Position numbers and translations under genes: made by a program. A DNA stretch of 63,200 bases, the filler included, from Reclinomonas americana ATCC 50394 (taxonomy: Eukaryota), in assembly GCA_048213135.1 (NCBI GenBank). It is 12 parts of 6 records of this genome, joined end to end, with 100 filler letters (N's around TTAATTAATTAA, not from the genome) between each part and the next. Parts side by side here need not be neighbours in the genome. Positions count along the whole stretch, not along the records: positions 54,116 to 63,200 come from PS015900.1; 11 more parts are not named here. One strand, written 5' to 3'. The notes under the pieces are model-generated. The model did no database searches. It had not been told where the DNA came from and saw nothing but the letters and a program-made list of their open reading frames with translations. Below are positions 61,292-63,200 of this stretch, piece after piece (position 1 is the stretch's first letter; every line of letters begins with the position of its first letter).

Positions 61292-63076
61292 TCATTCGTC
61301 CTCGTCTTCGTCCTCGTCGGAAGACGAGTCCAATAGCAGACGACGGGCCAGTCGTTTTCGTCGTTTCCGAGGCGGTGCCGACGCACTCACCTCACCGAGG
61401 TCACTCTCATCGTCGTCGTCGTCCTCGTTACGCGGGCGCTTGCGTTGTGCTCGCTTTTTCGCGCTTTCGCTACCACCTCCGACTTTTTCCGCTTCGGCAT
61501 TCGTGTCGACGTGGCGCAAGATGTTGTTCAGGCGCACCAAGCCCTCCCACAGCACCGCAAGCTGAATGCTGCACCGCTCGGCCATCCAGCAAACTGCGAG
61601 CTGCAACGGTGCCGGAACGTTGCCTGCCAAATTGGGGGTGAGAACATAGAGGAGGAAACGCGCGCATGTGAACACAAAAAAAGAAAGCGAACCCACGGGA
61701 TGCTGGTGCCCGGCTGGCATCTTGTGAGCCACCCGACCCGATCCAAGGCCCAATAAATGTGGAACGCGGCTCATGGGTGCGGCGTCGGTGCGCACAGATC
61801 TGCAACGAAGCGGTGAGTCACCCGCAAGCTCAGCAGCAGCGACATTCCAGTTCTCTCGATCGCACCGCAATCTCTCCCATCGGTCAGTGGGCACGCCCCA
61901 CGGCGAGCTGGTTCCTTTCGGCAGTTTTTGCCTCTTCTCCTCCTCCTCCTCTTCATCCTCTCTCTTCTGCGATGCTGGAGGCCGATCTGCTTTCGACTGG
62001 TGCGCTTCACGCTGCGCTCGCAGCACCATGCGATGCAGTTCGTCGTCTGTGCGCACGCCGCGTGTGAGCACTCACAGGCCTCTTCGTGTGTTCCGCGATC
62101 GACACAGACCGTAATCATTGATCGGGTGAAATGTGAGGATCTGTCGATGGCACAGACGAACGAATGTGGCCAGACTCTCCTTGGACATTAATCGAATATC
62201 ACTGCACGTGCGCGTGTGAGGGAGCACGATCTTGTGACGATCGATACGCATCGACGAGGAGTACTCCACTCTTCCGACATGGGCAATCGATGCAGCGCCT
62301 CGGTCTTGACGGCGGCGCCGTTCCACGTCGCCACAACGTCCACCCACGGCGGGAACTCCTCCAGCAGGCGACGCATGGCGGAATCCTCCGCGGCCGCCGT
62401 GTAGCGCGGACAACCCTCCTCATGCATCGCGTACACCATCATCAGCACCGTGACGAGTTCGCACGCCACAAATGCCTCCGGCAGCACGCGCCTTCGCACC
62501 GACACCGGCATCAGCGTGTACACGCGCTTGCCTGTGGAATTCCGGGGCGTGGCTGCCGCACCAAAATGCCTCGCCCACGACAAGCGCAAGTCGCCCGGCA
62601 CGAGACCCTCGCGCACCAACCACTCATGGAAGCGCTCCACCAACTCCAACGTCGCCGACGGCAGTCGTGCCTCGTGAATCAGCTTGCCCGCCAGCGGCGC
62701 AAAGGCAATCGGAGGCGTCTCCAAGCACAGCGTGCGACACAAGAGCGCCACATCGTTCGCCAGCAGCTCCGTCTGAAACAAGTCGTGCGTCGGTCGCACA
62801 AAGTCGAGGGACGCACGCAGGTCCATTTTAAGCGAGCCAGGCACCCAGTTGAAGCCGCCGAGCAGCGGTAGAGTGCCGCTGTGCGCCAGGCGCGCCAGAT
62901 CGAGCGCCGTGACCGCCGTCTCGCGCACCAAGTGCAAGCATATCAGCAGCAGCGCCGTCGTCTTGTCGGCGTTGAGAATGAGTGGGTCGGGGGGAAAGTG
63001 TTTGGGGTCCAGCGGGGAGATTTTTTTCGCGTTCATCTTGTCCACGTGGGTGGTGAGCCAGGTGATGTAGGATTTT
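61292..63076 (-). CDS. TAF1B: TAF1B/RRN7 (RNA polymerase I initiation factor)-like, C-terminal part
   Basis: TTALLLICLHLVRETAVTALDLARLAHSGTLPLL...VP...LETPPIAFAPLAGKLIHEARLP matches the RRN7/TAF1B cyclin-fold motifs (T.A..Y.....LR......DL.R....G.+P; PP.N...L..+...EL.LP). The tail is acidic and NLS-rich. Confidence 0.7.
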
Positions 63077-63200
63077 CTGGGGAGGGGGTGAGGGGAAGTG
63101 AGGGGACAGGAGGGGGGGAGGGAGGGGGAAGGGGAAGGGGGGGGGGGGGGTGGGGAAGGTGGAGGAGGAGGGAGGAGGGGAAGGGGAGGGTGGAGGGAGG

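Noticed and set aside
4315..63076. Possible stop-codon reassignment suggested by fragmented ORFs
   Set aside because: The in-frame stops examined are removed by short GT/GC-AG introns, and genes terminate normally at TAA or TGA.

Overview
Draft-assembly eukaryotic DNA, probably from a protist (taxon not identifiable from sequence alone). It is gene-dense and intron-rich, and the long introns are filled with GA/CT microsatellites and locus-specific minisatellites. Many N gaps occur, 11 of them carrying an artificial TTAATTAATTAA spacer. Most long ORFs in the six-frame track are low-complexity artefacts, so genes were rebuilt by hand-splicing. About 16 spliced genes are supported: a RAD18-like RING ligase; a Crinkler/RHS-type NTPase-REase-HhH protein; a GT61 glycosyltransferase; an ARM+SPRY protein; a large secreted Fn3/NHL/cadherin-like/IPT/PAN protein; SERINC; an ankyrin protein with a C-terminal F-box-like motif; a Kelch protein; ACBP; a multi-pass membrane protein; an organellar ribosome recycling factor; a TRAF-Zn/TLDc protein; TAF1B/RRN7; and three unknowns. 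The most notable signals are four. (1) An atypical 5' splice-site class, GTTGCG(T), is used by at least 11 introns in 9 genes. (2) The CR-type gene has an intact NTPase but apparently substituted nuclease catalytic residues, and is flanked by two interspersed repeats, one of which also occurs as a perfect 63-bp hairpin. (3) The bacterial-like adhesin has NHL propellers inserted inside split Fn3-like domains. (4) Long introns tend to be purine-rich at the 5' end and pyrimidine-rich at the 3' end. All family assignments come from motif recognition, not database searches.
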